In this document: positions 1-9,993 of the stretch, in pieces
How positions within the stretch are numbered: the stretch's first letter is position 1
How the letters are laid out: each line of letters begins with the position of its first letter
Translations under genes and position numbers: made by a program
Notes under the pieces: generated by a model
Told to the model about the DNA's origin: nothing
The model's input: only the letters and a program-made list of their open reading frames with translations
Databases searched by the model: none
Origin: Gaiella sp.
GTDB taxonomy: Bacteria > Actinomycetota > Thermoleophilia > Gaiellales > Gaiellaceae
DNA length: 43,358 nt
Reading direction: 5' to 3'
NCBI GenBank assembly: GCA_035706725.1
Contig: DASSUT010000254.1
Location: 1-43,358, forward strand

Positions 1-144
1 TCCCTCGACGAGCGCCCGGGTGGCGCTGCGTCCGGCGTCCGCGACGTCGTCGTGCGGCCACGCAGCCCGCCGAACCCCGCGCACGGCCGCCGCCGCGAGC
101 GCCGCGAGGACGACCGCGACGACGACGACCGCGACGACGCGCAC
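1..144 (-). CDS. Possible 5' part of a membrane or secreted protein running off the window edge
   Basis: GTG at 144, just downstream of the SPFH stop. The frame MRVVAVVVVAVVLAALAAAAVRGVRR... has a hydrophobic N-terminus and stays open to position 1. No family recognised. Confidence 0.3.
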   Translation of the reverse strand, partial: MRVVAVVVVAVVLAALAAAAVRGVRRAAWPHDDVADAGRSATRALVEG

Positions 145-150
145 GTCCCG

Positions 151-918
151 CTATTCGCCGGTCTTGATGCCGCGCCCGAGCGTCTCGAGGAACTCGATCG
201 GGATCGGGAAGACGACCGTCGAGTTGTTCGTCGCCCCGATCTCGAGCAGCGTCTGGAGGTAGCGCAGCTGGACGGTGATCGGCTCTTCCGACATCACCGC
301 GGCCGCGTCGCGTAGACGCTGCGACGCCTGGTATTCGCCCTCGGCGGAGATGACCTTCGCACGCCGCTCGCGCTCCGCCTCCGCCTGCCGCGCCATCGCC
401 CGCTGCATGTCCCCGGGGATCTCCACGTCCTTCACCTCGACGATCGAGACCTTGATGCCCCACGGCGACGTGGCCTCGTCGATGATCCCCTGGAGGATCT
501 GGTTGATCTTGTCCCGCTCGGAGAGCAGCTCGTCGAGCACGTGCTGGCCGAGCACCGAGCGCAGCGTGGTCTGCGAGATCTGCGAGGTCGCGACCATGTA
601 GTTCTCGACCTGGACGATCGCCGCCTTCGGCTCGACGATGCGGAAGTACGCGACCGCGTTGACCCGCACGGGGACGTTGTCCTTCGTGATCACCTCCTGC
701 GGCGGCACGTTGAGCGTCACGGTGCGCAGGTCGACCTTGACCATCCGGTCGACGATCGGGATCAGCAGGAACAGGCCCGGCCCCTTGGGCTGCGGGAGCA
801 GCCGGCCGAGCCGGAAGATCACGCCGCGCTCGTACTCGCGCGCGACCTTCACGGCCGCGAACAACAGGATGAGCAGCACGACGACGATTGCGACGACGAC
901 GATCAGCGCGGCGGTCAT
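151..918 (-). CDS. SPFH/band 7 (slipin/stomatin-like) membrane protein
   Basis: N-terminal TM segment followed by [32 protein letters not shown] and [10 protein letters not shown] motifs. ATG at 918 overlaps the nfeD stop. Confidence 0.95.
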   Translation of the reverse strand: MTAALIVVVAIVVVLLILLFAAVKVAREYERGVIFRLGRLLPQPKGPGLFLLIPIVDRMVKVDLRTVTLNVPPQEVITKDNVPVRVNAVAYFRIVEPKAAIVQVENYMVATSQISQTTLRSVLGQHVLDELLSERDKINQILQGIIDEATSPWGIKVSIVEVKDVEIPGDMQRAMARQAEAERERRAKVISAEGEYQASQRLRDAAAVMSEEPITVQLRYLQTLLEIGATNNSTVVFPIPIEFLETLGRGIKTGE

Positions 919-2231
919 CAGTCCCTTTCGGTCGGGTTCGGGGATCCTACGACGAGCTCGAGGTCGTCTCCGACGGACTCGACGGTGACGTGGTCTCCCG
1001 GGACGAGCGGCCGGCCGTCGGGCGTCCTCGCGCGCCACAGCTCACCCGAGACCGAGACCCAGCCCTCGCGCCTGACGACCGCCTCGTCGCCGACGAGCTG
1101 CGAGACGCCGACTTCCACGGGGTTCCGCCGCGCCTTGACCACGCGGGTGAGGGCGACCCCGAGCAGAAGTGCGAGGGTGCCGGCGATCGCGAGGGCCGTC
1201 CAGAACGAGACCTGGTACGCGGGCCCCGCCGGGTCGAATAGGAGCAGCGCGCCCAGGACGAACGTCACGGCGCCGGCCAGCGTGAGGGCGCCGTGGCTCG
1301 CGACGAACGCCTCCGCGACGAAGAAGGCTGCGGCGAGCAGCATCATCAGGAGACCGGCGACCGACACGGGCAGCACCTGGAGCCCGTACAGGCCGATGAT
1401 CAGCGAGATCGCGCCCACGGTACCCGGCAGGATCAGCCCGGGGTTCCAGAGCTCGACCACGATGCCGATCAGGCCGATGGAGAGCATCAGCGCGATCACG
1501 TTCGGGTCGATGAGCAGGTCGAGCGCCCGCTTCCAGAACGACATCTCGACGCGCTCGACCTCGGCGCCCGCGGTGTGGAGCACGAGGCCCTTCGGCACCG
1601 TCTTGCGGCCGTCGATCTGGTCGAGCAGCGCGGGGACGGACGGGGCGATCGCGTCGACGACGTTCAGGTCGAGTGCCTCGCGGGCGCCGTAGTTCGCCGC
1701 GTCGCGCACCATCGCCTCGGCCTTGTCGGCGTTCCGGCCGTGCTCCCGCGCGAGCTCGGCGATGTACGCGGCGGCGTCGTTGATCACCTTCTTGCGCAGG
1801 TCCTCGCCGAGATCGGACCCGGTCGCGGAGATCGGGGTCGACGAGCCGATGTTCGTCTGGGGCGCCATCGCGAGCACGTCGGCGGCCTGGCCGATCACGG
1901 CGCCGGCGGAGTCGGCACTCGAGCCGGACGGCGCGACGTACACGACCACCGGCACGCGAACCGAGAGCATCTCCTTGACGACCGCGCGCATCGACGAGCC
2001 GAGCCCGCCGGGCGTGTCCATCTCGATCACGACCGCGGCGTATCCGTCGCGCGCACCGCGGCGCATCTCGTCGACGAGGTAGTCCTGAGTGACGGGGTTC
2101 ACGTCGTTCGCGAACTCGACGACCAGAACCTTCGGCGGCGAGGTCGCGCCCGGGGCCGCCCCCACGAGTGAGAACGCCGCCGCCACTCCGACGAGGAGGG
2201 TTCCGAGCATCCGCCCGAGGCCCGCGTTCAC
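918..2231 (-). CDS. nfeD: NfeD family membrane-bound serine protease (ClpP class, long form)
   Basis: DTPGG, ADSAG (Ser), MAPQTNIG and KKVIND (Lys) motifs, a multi-TM region and a C-terminal OB-like GELWRA. It is the classic stomatin partner. Start is GTG 2231 (TACATT 9 nt upstream) or ATG 2210. Confidence 0.92.
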   Translation of the reverse strand: MNAGLGRMLGTLLVGVAAAFSLVGAAPGATSPPKVLVVEFANDVNPVTQDYLVDEMRRGARDGYAAVVIEMDTPGGLGSSMRAVVKEMLSVRVPVVVYVAPSGSSADSAGAVIGQAADVLAMAPQTNIGSSTPISATGSDLGEDLRKKVINDAAAYIAELAREHGRNADKAEAMVRDAANYGAREALDLNVVDAIAPSVPALLDQIDGRKTVPKGLVLHTAGAEVERVEMSFWKRALDLLIDPNVIALMLSIGLIGIVVELWNPGLILPGTVGAISLIIGLYGLQVLPVSVAGLLMMLLAAAFFVAEAFVASHGALTLAGAVTFVLGALLLFDPAGPAYQVSFWTALAIAGTLALLLGVALTRVVKARRNPVEVGVSQLVGDEAVVRREGWVSVSGELWRARTPDGRPLVPGDHVTVESVGDDLELVVGSPNPTERD

Positions 2232-2354
2232 GTTGTCTCGAATGTACCAGCGGGCCGTCTTCCTCCTGCATTCGGGGCACGTAAGCGTTTCGTCAGGGAA
2301 GGTGCGCGACGCTTGCCGCAGAAGCCGTTCTGCGTCACTGTGGTCTCCGCCCGC

Positions 2355-4454
2355 ATGCTCCGGCGAATCGTCCTCCCCGTCGTCGCCATCGCGTTCGCGT
2401 TGCCGGGTCATGCGACGGCCGGGCTCGCGTCGCTCTCTGTCCGCGAGCTGCCGCTCCACGGCGAGCGAACCCTCAGTACGAGCGGCCTGCTCCGGCCGTT
2501 CCAGATGGTCGGCGTCCACTGGCGCGGCACGGGAACGCTCGAGCTGCGGACTCGACTCGGCGGACGGCCCTGGTCGGCCTGGCAACCGGTCGTCGAGGAC
2601 GAGGGCGACGCACCCGACGTTGCGAGCCGAGAGTCACGTGCGATGCGCGGTTGGCGCCTCGGCGCGCCGGTCTGGGTGGGGCGAGCCGACCGGGTCGAGG
2701 TGCGCGCGCACGGCCGCGTGACCCGCGCGCAGGCGCTCACGGTGCGCAGTCCGGTCTCGAAGGTGCCGCTCCGGACGGCCGCCGCCGCGGGAAAGCCGGC
2801 GATCGTGCCGCGGAGCGCCTGGCAGGCGGACGAGTCGATCCGCCGGGCCGCGCCGCTCTATGCGGACACGCTGCGCATGGCGTTCGTGCACCACACCGCG
2901 GGGACGAACGACTACAGCCCGCTCGAGGCGCCGGCAATCGCGCGAGGGATCGAGGTCTACCACGTAAAGGGCAACGGCTGGAACGACATCGGCTACAACG
3001 CGCTCGTCGACCGCTTCGGCACCGTGTACGAAGGCCGCTACGGCGGAATCGACCGCAACGTCGTCGGGGCGCACGCGAAGGGCTTCAACACCGGCTCGTT
3101 CGGGATCGCCGTCATGGGTGACTTCACCCGCGTCGACCCTCCCGCGGCGGCGGTGGACGCGCTCGTCCGGACGCTCGCGTGGCGGCTCGACCTCGCTCAC
3201 CTCGATCCGCTCTCGACGGTGAACATGATCTCCTCCGGCAACGAGCGGTTCAACGCCGGCATCCCGGTGCTTCTGCGCACGATCTCCGGCCACCGCGACA
3301 CCGGCCTCACCGAGTGCCCGGGCGCACGGCTCTACGCGATGCTTCCGTCGATCGCGAAGCGGGTGGCCGCGCTCGGGCTGCCGAAGCTCTACGCCCCGCT
3401 CGCTGCGCCCGACGAGGGCGGTGGCATCCGCTTCACGGCGCGCCTCTCCTCGGCGCTTCCGTGGACGGCGGTCGTGACCGATGCCGCCGGCGCCGAGCTC
3501 GCGCGCGGGAGCGGGACGGGCGTGAGCGTCGACTGGACGTGGCGGCCCGACGGCCCGATCCCGGCCGGCGCGCGCTGGCGGATCGAGGCGCCGGGCGCCA
3601 CGCCCGCGGTCGGCACGCTCGGGACCCAGGCGACGACCACGCTCGCCATCGCCGCGACGGCAACAGGGTCGGTGACGATCTCCCCGAACGGCGACGGCCA
3701 GGAGGACACCGCGGAGCTCGCGTTCACGCTCTCGGCGGACGCGAACGTCCAGGCCGACCTGCTCGACGCGAGCGGCGCGGTCGTGGCACAGCCCGCCCCG
3801 CCCCGCTGGCGCCGCGCCGGGGAGCGAACCGTGGTGGTGGGAGGGCAGTCGCTGCCCGACGGCGCGTACACGGTGCGGTTGACCGCGAAGGCGACGGGCG
3901 GTCGTGAGGCCACCGCGGACGTGCCGCTCCTCGTGACGCGGACGCTCGGCCGGGTGACGCTCGTGCCGGCGAGCTTCACCCCGAACGGCGACGGCCGGGG
4001 GGACGCGCTCGTGATCACGGTCCCGCTCGCGGGCCCGGGGACCGTCAGGGTGAAGATCCTGCGCGACGGCCGATGGGTCGCGACGCCGCTCACCGGGTCG
4101 TTCGACGCCGGCTCGCAGGTTGTCCGCTGGGACGGGACGAAGCGGGTCGGCAGAGCGCGCGACGGAGGTTACGTGGCCCTGGTCGAGGCAACGGACGCGG
4201 TCGGGACGGCGTCCGTCGAGCTGCCGTTCACACTCGACCGCACGGCGCCCACCGTACGGGTCGTCTCCTCCTCCCCGGCCGTGCTACGTGTCTCCGAGCC
4301 GGTCACGCTCGCGCTCCGCGCCAACGGTGCCCGCCGGACCCTTCGGGTGACTGCGCCCGGGACGGTGCGGATCCCGCGGATCGCGGAGCTCCGGACCCTC
4401 GTCGTGGTCGCCCACGACGGTGCCGGAAACCGGGCCGTGCTCCGCCGGCCATGA
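2355..4454 (+). CDS. Secreted N-acetylmuramoyl-L-alanine amidase (PGRP/Amidase_2) with two FlgD-like Ig domains
   Basis: Signal peptide MLRRIVLPVVAIAFALPGHATA. Amidase motifs VHHTAG, GWNDIGYN, GAHAKGFN and GHRD..TECPG. Two repeats ISPNGDG and FTPNGDG...WDG. Confidence 0.88.
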   Translation: MLRRIVLPVVAIAFALPGHATAGLASLSVRELPLHGERTLSTSGLLRPFQMVGVHWRGTGTLELRTRLGGRPWSAWQPVVEDEGDAPDVASRESRAMRGWRLGAPVWVGRADRVEVRAHGRVTRAQALTVRSPVSKVPLRTAAAAGKPAIVPRSAWQADESIRRAAPLYADTLRMAFVHHTAGTNDYSPLEAPAIARGIEVYHVKGNGWNDIGYNALVDRFGTVYEGRYGGIDRNVVGAHAKGFNTGSFGIAVMGDFTRVDPPAAAVDALVRTLAWRLDLAHLDPLSTVNMISSGNERFNAGIPVLLRTISGHRDTGLTECPGARLYAMLPSIAKRVAALGLPKLYAPLAAPDEGGGIRFTARLSSALPWTAVVTDAAGAELARGSGTGVSVDWTWRPDGPIPAGARWRIEAPGATPAVGTLGTQATTTLAIAATATGSVTISPNGDGQEDTAELAFTLSADANVQADLLDASGAVVAQPAPPRWRRAGERTVVVGGQSLPDGAYTVRLTAKATGGREATADVPLLVTRTLGRVTLVPASFTPNGDGRGDALVITVPLAGPGTVRVKILRDGRWVATPLTGSFDAGSQVVRWDGTKRVGRARDGGYVALVEATDAVGTASVELPFTLDRTAPTVRVVSSSPAVLRVSEPVTLALRANGARRTLRVTAPGTVRIPRIAELRTLVVVAHDGAGNRAVLRRP

Positions 4455-4482
4455 GCGCCACCTCCGCGAGTAGACTCGCCCC

Positions 4483-4926
4483 GTGCCTGTTCCGACCGCC
4501 CCGTTCGGGCGGGACACGATCGCGTCGATCCTTCCGCACCGTGACCCGTTCCTCCTGCTCGACGAGGTCCTGGAGCTCGTCCCGGGAGCCCGCGTCTCGG
4601 CCTCGTACCGCGTGCCGGAGGACGGCTGGTGGTTCGTAGGGCACTTTCCCGAACGGCCCGTCATGCCGGGCGTGTTGATCGTCGAGTCGATGGCGCAGAC
4701 GGGCGCCGTCGCGGTGCTCGCGGAGGAAGAGAACCGCGGCCGGATCGCGTTCTTCGCCGGGATCGACGACTGCCGGTTCAAGCGCGTCGTGTCGCCCGGC
4801 GAGACGCTCACCCTCTCGTGCGAGATCGGTCAGGTGCGGGGCCCGATCGGCCGCGGCAAGGCGACCGCTCACGTCGGTGACGAGCTCGCCGCCCGCGGCA
4901 CGCTGACGTTCGCCGTGGAGCGGTAG
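4483..4926 (+). CDS. fabZ: 3-hydroxyacyl-ACP dehydratase
   Basis: LPHRDPFLLLD and GHFPERPVMPGVLIVESMAQ motifs. Confidence 0.95.
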   Translation: MPVPTAPFGRDTIASILPHRDPFLLLDEVLELVPGARVSASYRVPEDGWWFVGHFPERPVMPGVLIVESMAQTGAVAVLAEEENRGRIAFFAGIDDCRFKRVVSPGETLTLSCEIGQVRGPIGRGKATAHVGDELAARGTLTFAVER

Positions 4927-5960
4927 TGATCGGCTCCGCAAACGGGGCGCGGATCGGCGTCACGGGCCTCGGCGTCCACGTCCCCGACCGCGTCGTCACG
5001 AACGACGACCTCGCGAGGTACGTCGACACGACGGACGAGTGGATCGTCGAGCGGACGGGAATCAGAGAGCGGCGGATGGTGAACGAGGGCGAAGCGCTGA
5101 CCGACATCGCACTCCCCGCAGCGCGGGCCGCGCTCGCGGATGCCGGGACGGACGCCTCCGAGATCGACCTCCTGATCTGCGCGACGGTCACGCCGGACAT
5201 GATGTTCCCGACGTCGTCCGCGCTCATGGCCGAGACGCTCGGCGCCCCGAGGGCGGCCGCCTACGACCTCCTCGCCGGCTGCACGGGATTCATGTACGCG
5301 CTCGCGCAGGCGTACGGGATGCTGGCGTCCGGGCTCTCGAGGCGCGCGCTCGTGGTGGGTGGCGACGTGCTGTCGAGCATCCTCGACTGGCACGACCGCT
5401 CGACCCTCGTGTTGTTCGGCGACGGCGCCGGGGCGGTCGTGATGGAGCCCGTCGCCCGTGGAGGGTTCCTCGGGTTCGAGCTCGGGGCCGACGGGGCGGG
5501 CGGCGTGCACCTGCAGCTTCCCGGCAGCGGCTCGCGGCACTTCGACGACCCGGAGGGGCTCCTCAAGATGAACGGTCGCGAGGTCTACAAGTTCGCGACG
5601 CGGGTGATGGTCTCGTCCGCGACCGCGGTGCTCAACGAGTGCGGGAAGACGATCGACGAGGTCGACGTCTACGTTCCGCACCAGGCGAACAAGCGGATCA
5701 TCGACCACGCTACGGGTAAGCTCGGCGTCCCCCATGAGCGGACGGTCGTGAACGTGGACAGGTTCGGCAACACCTCGTCGGGCTCGATCCCGCTTGCGCT
5801 GGCGGACGCCCGCGCCGACGGGCGTCTGCGCGACGGCGCGCTCGTGCTGATGACCGGGATGGGGGCGGGGCTGACCTGGGGGTCTGCGTTGTTGGAGTGG
5901 ACGGGCACTTTCGCCTCCGGTGAAAGTGCCAGGGAGACAGCCGCGAGGAGGCATCGATGA
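4926..5960 (+). CDS. fabH: 3-oxoacyl-ACP synthase III
   Basis: Cys-His-Asn triad in AGCTGF, VPHQAN and GNTSS; also LFGDGAGA. Confidence 0.96.
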   Translation: MIGSANGARIGVTGLGVHVPDRVVTNDDLARYVDTTDEWIVERTGIRERRMVNEGEALTDIALPAARAALADAGTDASEIDLLICATVTPDMMFPTSSALMAETLGAPRAAAYDLLAGCTGFMYALAQAYGMLASGLSRRALVVGGDVLSSILDWHDRSTLVLFGDGAGAVVMEPVARGGFLGFELGADGAGGVHLQLPGSGSRHFDDPEGLLKMNGREVYKFATRVMVSSATAVLNECGKTIDEVDVYVPHQANKRIIDHATGKLGVPHERTVVNVDRFGNTSSGSIPLALADARADGRLRDGALVLMTGMGAGLTWGSALLEWTGTFASGESARETAARRHR

Positions 5961-6883
5961 CGAAGGTGGCCTTCTGCTTCCCGGGCCAGGGCTCGCTCGA
6001 GGTGGGCATGGGCCGCGAGATCGCCGAGGCGGTGCCCGAGGCGATGGAGGTCTACCGGGTCGGCTCGGAGGCCACGGGGATGGATCTCGCGCACCTCTGC
6101 TTCGAGGCTCCGCTCGAGGAGCTCGTCGAGACCGAGGTCCAGCAGCCCACGCTCGTCGCCACGAGCCTCGCGATCCTCGCCGCCGTGCGGAAGGAGGGCC
6201 TCGAGCCGGATGTCGTGGTCGGCCACTCCGTGGGCGAGTACGCCGCGCTGGCGTCGGTCGGCGCGATGGGAACCGACGAGACCATCGCGCTCGTTCGTGA
6301 GCGCGGGCTCGCGATGGCGGAGGCCGCGAAGCTGCGGCCGGGCGCGATGGCCGCGATCCTCGGCCTCGACGACCAGCTCGTGGACACGCTCTGCCGCAAG
6401 ATCCTCATGGTCTGGCCGGCGAACTACAACTGCCCGGGCCAGGTCGTGATCTCCGGCGAGAACGACGCGGTCGAGGAGGCGTGCGCCGAGGCAGAGAGCC
6501 TTGGCGCGCGACGAGCGATCAAGCTCAAGGTCTCGGGCGCCTTCCACAGCCCGCTCGTCGCCCGTGCGGCTGACCGGCTGAAGCCCGCGATCGAGCGCAT
6601 CCGGTTCACCGATCCTGTCGCGCCGTTCATGTCGACCGTGACCGCGAAGATCGAGCCCGCGCAGCGCCTCGCGGCGCTGCTCGTCAACCAGCTCACCGAG
6701 CCGGTGCGTTTCACGCAGGCGGCGGGCGAGCTGATGAAGGACGGTGTGACGACGTTCGTCGAGATCGGGCCGGGCAACGTCCTCTCCGGGCTCGTGAAGC
6801 GGATCGACCGGAGCGTGCGGACGATCTCGGTGAACGACCTCGCCAGCCTCGAGAAGGCGAAGGAGGCCCTCGCCGCCCGATGA
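5957..6883 (+). CDS. fabD: Malonyl-CoA-ACP transacylase
   Basis: FPGQGS, GHSVGEY and VSGAFHS motifs; RBS GAGGAGG. Confidence 0.96.
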   Translation: MTKVAFCFPGQGSLEVGMGREIAEAVPEAMEVYRVGSEATGMDLAHLCFEAPLEELVETEVQQPTLVATSLAILAAVRKEGLEPDVVVGHSVGEYAALASVGAMGTDETIALVRERGLAMAEAAKLRPGAMAAILGLDDQLVDTLCRKILMVWPANYNCPGQVVISGENDAVEEACAEAESLGARRAIKLKVSGAFHSPLVARAADRLKPAIERIRFTDPVAPFMSTVTAKIEPAQRLAALLVNQLTEPVRFTQAAGELMKDGVTTFVEIGPGNVLSGLVKRIDRSVRTISVNDLASLEKAKEALAAR

Positions 6884-7614
6884 GCACGGGCGGCTTCGCC
6901 TCTCTCGACGGGAAGCTCGCGCTCGTCACCGGGGGGTCTCGCGGCATCGGCCGCGCGATCGCGCTCGAGCTCGGTCGCGCCGGGGCGAGCGTGGTGCTCT
7001 CATATCGTTCGGGCCGTGAGGAGGCCGAAGCGGTCGCCGCCGAGGCCGGCGGGCGGGCACTCCAGGCCGACGTCTCCGACGCCGCGTCCGCGAAGGCGCT
7101 CGTCGAGGGCGCCGGCGACGTCGACATTCTCGTCAACAACGCCGGGCTGACGCGCGACGGGGTGCTCGCCCGCATGAGCGACGACGACTGGCACGAGGTG
7201 ATCGAGACGAACCTCTCGTCTGTCTTCTACACGTGCCGCGCGGCGGCACGGCCGATGATGAAGCGCCGGGGCGGTGCGATCGTGAACATCTCGTCGATCG
7301 TCGGCCTCCGGGGCAACTGGGGCCAGACGAACTACGCGGCGTCGAAGGCGGGGATCATCGGCTTCACGAAGTCGCTCGCCCGCGAGCTCGGCAGCCGGAA
7401 CGTCCGCGCCAACGTCGTGGTGCCCGGGTACGTCCGGACGCGGCTCACGGACGTGATCCCGGAGGACGCGACCAAGACGATGCTCGACGCCACGCCGCTC
7501 GGCCGTCTCGGGGATCCCGAGGAGGTCGCCGGCGCGGTGCGGTTTCTGTGCGCGGACGAGGCCGCGTTCGTGACGGGGGCCGTGCTCCTCGTCGACGGCG
7601 GCCTCGGCATGTAG
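6880..7614 (+). CDS. fabG: 3-oxoacyl-ACP reductase
   Basis: SDR motifs TGGSRGIG, NNAG and YAASK, within the fab cluster. Confidence 0.94.
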   Translation: MSTGGFASLDGKLALVTGGSRGIGRAIALELGRAGASVVLSYRSGREEAEAVAAEAGGRALQADVSDAASAKALVEGAGDVDILVNNAGLTRDGVLARMSDDDWHEVIETNLSSVFYTCRAAARPMMKRRGGAIVNISSIVGLRGNWGQTNYAASKAGIIGFTKSLARELGSRNVRANVVVPGYVRTRLTDVIPEDATKTMLDATPLGRLGDPEEVAGAVRFLCADEAAFVTGAVLLVDGGLGM

Positions 7615-7615
7615 C

Positions 7616-8896
7616 GTGGCCGCCATGAGCGAGAACGGATCCGCTCCGAACGGCCGCAGGCGCGTGGTGATCACGGGCCTCGGCATGGTGAGCCCGCTCG
7701 GGAACACCGTCGAGGACTCGTGGGCGGCCCTCCTGGCAGGCGCGTCGGGCGCCGGACCGATCACGCAGTTCGACCCGGCGGGCTTCCCCGCCGACTTCGC
7801 CTGCGAGGTGAAGGACCTCGACGTCACCGAGTACGTCGACTACAAGGCGTCGCGCCGCATGGACCGGTTCACGCACCTCGCGCTCGCGGCCGCGCGCCAG
7901 GCAGAGGCCCATGCCGGGCTGGACATCGCCCGCGAGCCCGAGCGCGTCGGGGCCGCCGTCGCGACGGGGATCGGCGGCCTGAAGTCGTTCGAGTCGTGCA
8001 TCCAGGTGCTCGACGACCGCGGGCCGGACCGCGTGAACCCGTTCTCGATCGTCCAGATCATCCCGAACCTCGCCGCCGGCTGGGTGTCGATGGAGCTCGG
8101 CACCAAGGGGCCGCTGCTCTCCGAGTGCACTGCGTGCGCCGCGTCGAACATGGCGATCGGCGACGGGCTCGACGCGATCCGGCTCGATCGTGCCGACGTG
8201 ATGATCTGCGGGGGCACCGAAGCGCCCGTCTCGCGCGTCGGCATCGCCGGCTTCGGCGCCATGCGCGCGATCTCGCGGCGAAACGACGATCCCGCAGCGG
8301 CCTCGCGGCCGTTCGACGCGGAGCGGGACGGCTTCGTGATGGGAGAGGCGGGCGCGATGATCGTGCTCGAGGAGCTCGAGCATGCGAGGGCGCGCGGCGC
8401 GACGATCTACGCGGAGCTGCTCGGGTACGGCGTCTCCTCGGACGCGACACACGTGTCCGATCCGGACCCGACCGGGAAGAGCCCCGCTCGGGCGCTGGAG
8501 ATGGCGTTCGCCGACGCGGGCATCGCCCCGGCCGACGTCGACTACGTCAACGCGCACGGAACCTCGACGCCGGTCGGCGACAGCGCGGAGACGCGCGTGA
8601 TCAAGCTCGCGCTCGGCGAGGAGAAGGCATACCGCACGCCGATCTCGTCGACGAAGGGCGCCACGGGGCACTGCCTCGGTGCGGCCGGTGCGGTCGAGGC
8701 CGCGTTCACGATCCTCGCGCTCGAGCGCGGGGTGCTGCCGCCGACGATCAACCAGGAGGTCGCCGACCCGGAGTGCGACCTCGACTACATCCCGAACGAG
8801 GCGCGCGAGCAGCAGGTCGAGGTCGCGGTCTCGAACTCGTTCGGTTTCGGCGGGCACAACGCGTGTGTGGTGTTCCGCCGTTGGCACGACGACTGA
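7616..8896 (+). CDS. fabF: 3-oxoacyl-ACP synthase II (alternative start ATG 7625)
   Basis: RRVVITGLG, TACAAS, NAHGTST, GHCLGAAG and SNSFGFGGHN motifs. Confidence 0.96.
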   Translation: MAAMSENGSAPNGRRRVVITGLGMVSPLGNTVEDSWAALLAGASGAGPITQFDPAGFPADFACEVKDLDVTEYVDYKASRRMDRFTHLALAAARQAEAHAGLDIAREPERVGAAVATGIGGLKSFESCIQVLDDRGPDRVNPFSIVQIIPNLAAGWVSMELGTKGPLLSECTACAASNMAIGDGLDAIRLDRADVMICGGTEAPVSRVGIAGFGAMRAISRRNDDPAAASRPFDAERDGFVMGEAGAMIVLEELEHARARGATIYAELLGYGVSSDATHVSDPDPTGKSPARALEMAFADAGIAPADVDYVNAHGTSTPVGDSAETRVIKLALGEEKAYRTPISSTKGATGHCLGAAGAVEAAFTILALERGVLPPTINQEVADPECDLDYIPNEAREQQVEVAVSNSFGFGGHNACVVFRRWHDD

Positions 8897-9027
8897 CGGG
8901 TGTCCCGCTTCCCGGGCCACCTGGACACACCAGATCCTCTGGGTGACTTGCCGAAGGCAAGGCACTGGCGGTAACTGTACGGCCCTCCGAACCTTGCGGA
9001 CGACCCACGCCGCGTACCGTGCCACCT

Positions 9028-9993
9028 GTGATCGTGCGCAGGCCCACGCCGGAGCGCTTCGCGGAGGCGCTCGCGCTTCTCCAGGCGTCGGACGCGGCGG
9101 TCTGGGGCGCCTCGGACTGGACCGAGAGCGACCTGCGCGAGGACTGGGAGCGCCTGGACCTCGACCGGGACGGATGGCTCGTGGAGCTCGACGGCCGCCT
9201 CGCGGGCGTTGCGCACCTCCTCGACCGCAAGGGCGCGCGGTTCATCGGCGACGCGTACGTCCACCCGGAGCTGACGGGTCGCGGGGTGGGCAGCCTCCTC
9301 CTCCGGCTGCTCGAGCAACGGGCATACGAGCGTCGCGACGAGTGCCCGGAGGGCGAGCCCGTCGTCCTCCAGGCTGCGCATCTGGTCGGGGACGATCACG
9401 CCCCAGGGCTGTTCGGCGGTTGCGGGTTCGAACGTGTCCGAAGCTTCTTCCGCATGGTGGTCGAGGTCGACCGCGAGCATCCCGCGCCCGCCTGGCCGGA
9501 AAACGTCGAGGTGAGACCGTTCGACGTCGAGGAGCACGGCCGCGCGATCCACGCGGCGCAGGAGGAGGCGTTCGCAGCGGAGTGGGGCCACGTCGAGCGG
9601 CCGTACGAGGAATGGCGCGAGCGCGCTTTCGACCTGCCCAACCTCGACCCGTCGCTCGTGGTCGCGGCCTGGGCGGGCGACGAGATCGTCGCGTTTTCGC
9701 TCAACTACCCGAAGCGGAACGGCGACTGGGGCTGGATCGGGATGCTCGGCGTGCGCGCCGACTGGCGCCGCCGCGGCCTCGGGCTCGCGCTCCTCCGTGA
9801 GTCCTTCGCGCGGTTCCGCGCGATGGGCGAGACGACCGTCGCCCTCGGCGTCGACACCGAGAACCCGACGGGCGCGACCCGCCTCTACGAACGCGCCGGC
9901 ATGGGCGTGTTGTGGCAGGCGGACGTGTGGCAGAAGGAGCTCGACCGGGACACGTCCGGCCCGCCGCCGGTTTCCACGACAGTCGCCGCGTGA
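9028..9993 (+). CDS. Tandem (two-domain) GNAT N-acetyltransferase, MshD-like architecture
   Basis: Two acetyl-CoA motif A copies (VHPELTGRGVG and VRADWRRRGLG) and LGVDTENPTGATRLYERAG. GTG 9028 is preferred because TACCGT lies 7 nt upstream; the ORF track start is 9019. Confidence 0.85.
   Translation: MIVRRPTPERFAEALALLQASDAAVWGASDWTESDLREDWERLDLDRDGWLVELDGRLAGVAHLLDRKGARFIGDAYVHPELTGRGVGSLLLRLLEQRAYERRDECPEGEPVVLQAAHLVGDDHAPGLFGGCGFERVRSFFRMVVEVDREHPAPAWPENVEVRPFDVEEHGRAIHAAQEEAFAAEWGHVERPYEEWRERAFDLPNLDPSLVVAAWAGDEIVAFSLNYPKRNGDWGWIGMLGVRADWRRRGLGLALLRESFARFRAMGETTVALGVDTENPTGATRLYERAGMGVLWQADVWQKELDRDTSGPPPVSTTVAA

Noticed and set aside
100-144. GAC/GACC short tandem repeats near the left edge
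   Set aside because: They are explained by runs of Val/Ala codons on the minus strand, not a separate repeat element.
2232-2585. Long N-terminal extension of NfeD, including a CPEC motif
   Set aside because: It overlaps the divergent amidase gene and promoter region; the signal peptide and -10 element point to a start at 2231 or 2210.
9028-9993. Calling the GNAT mshD (mycothiol synthase)
   Set aside because: The tandem GNAT architecture fits, but no other msh genes or diagnostic residues could be verified.
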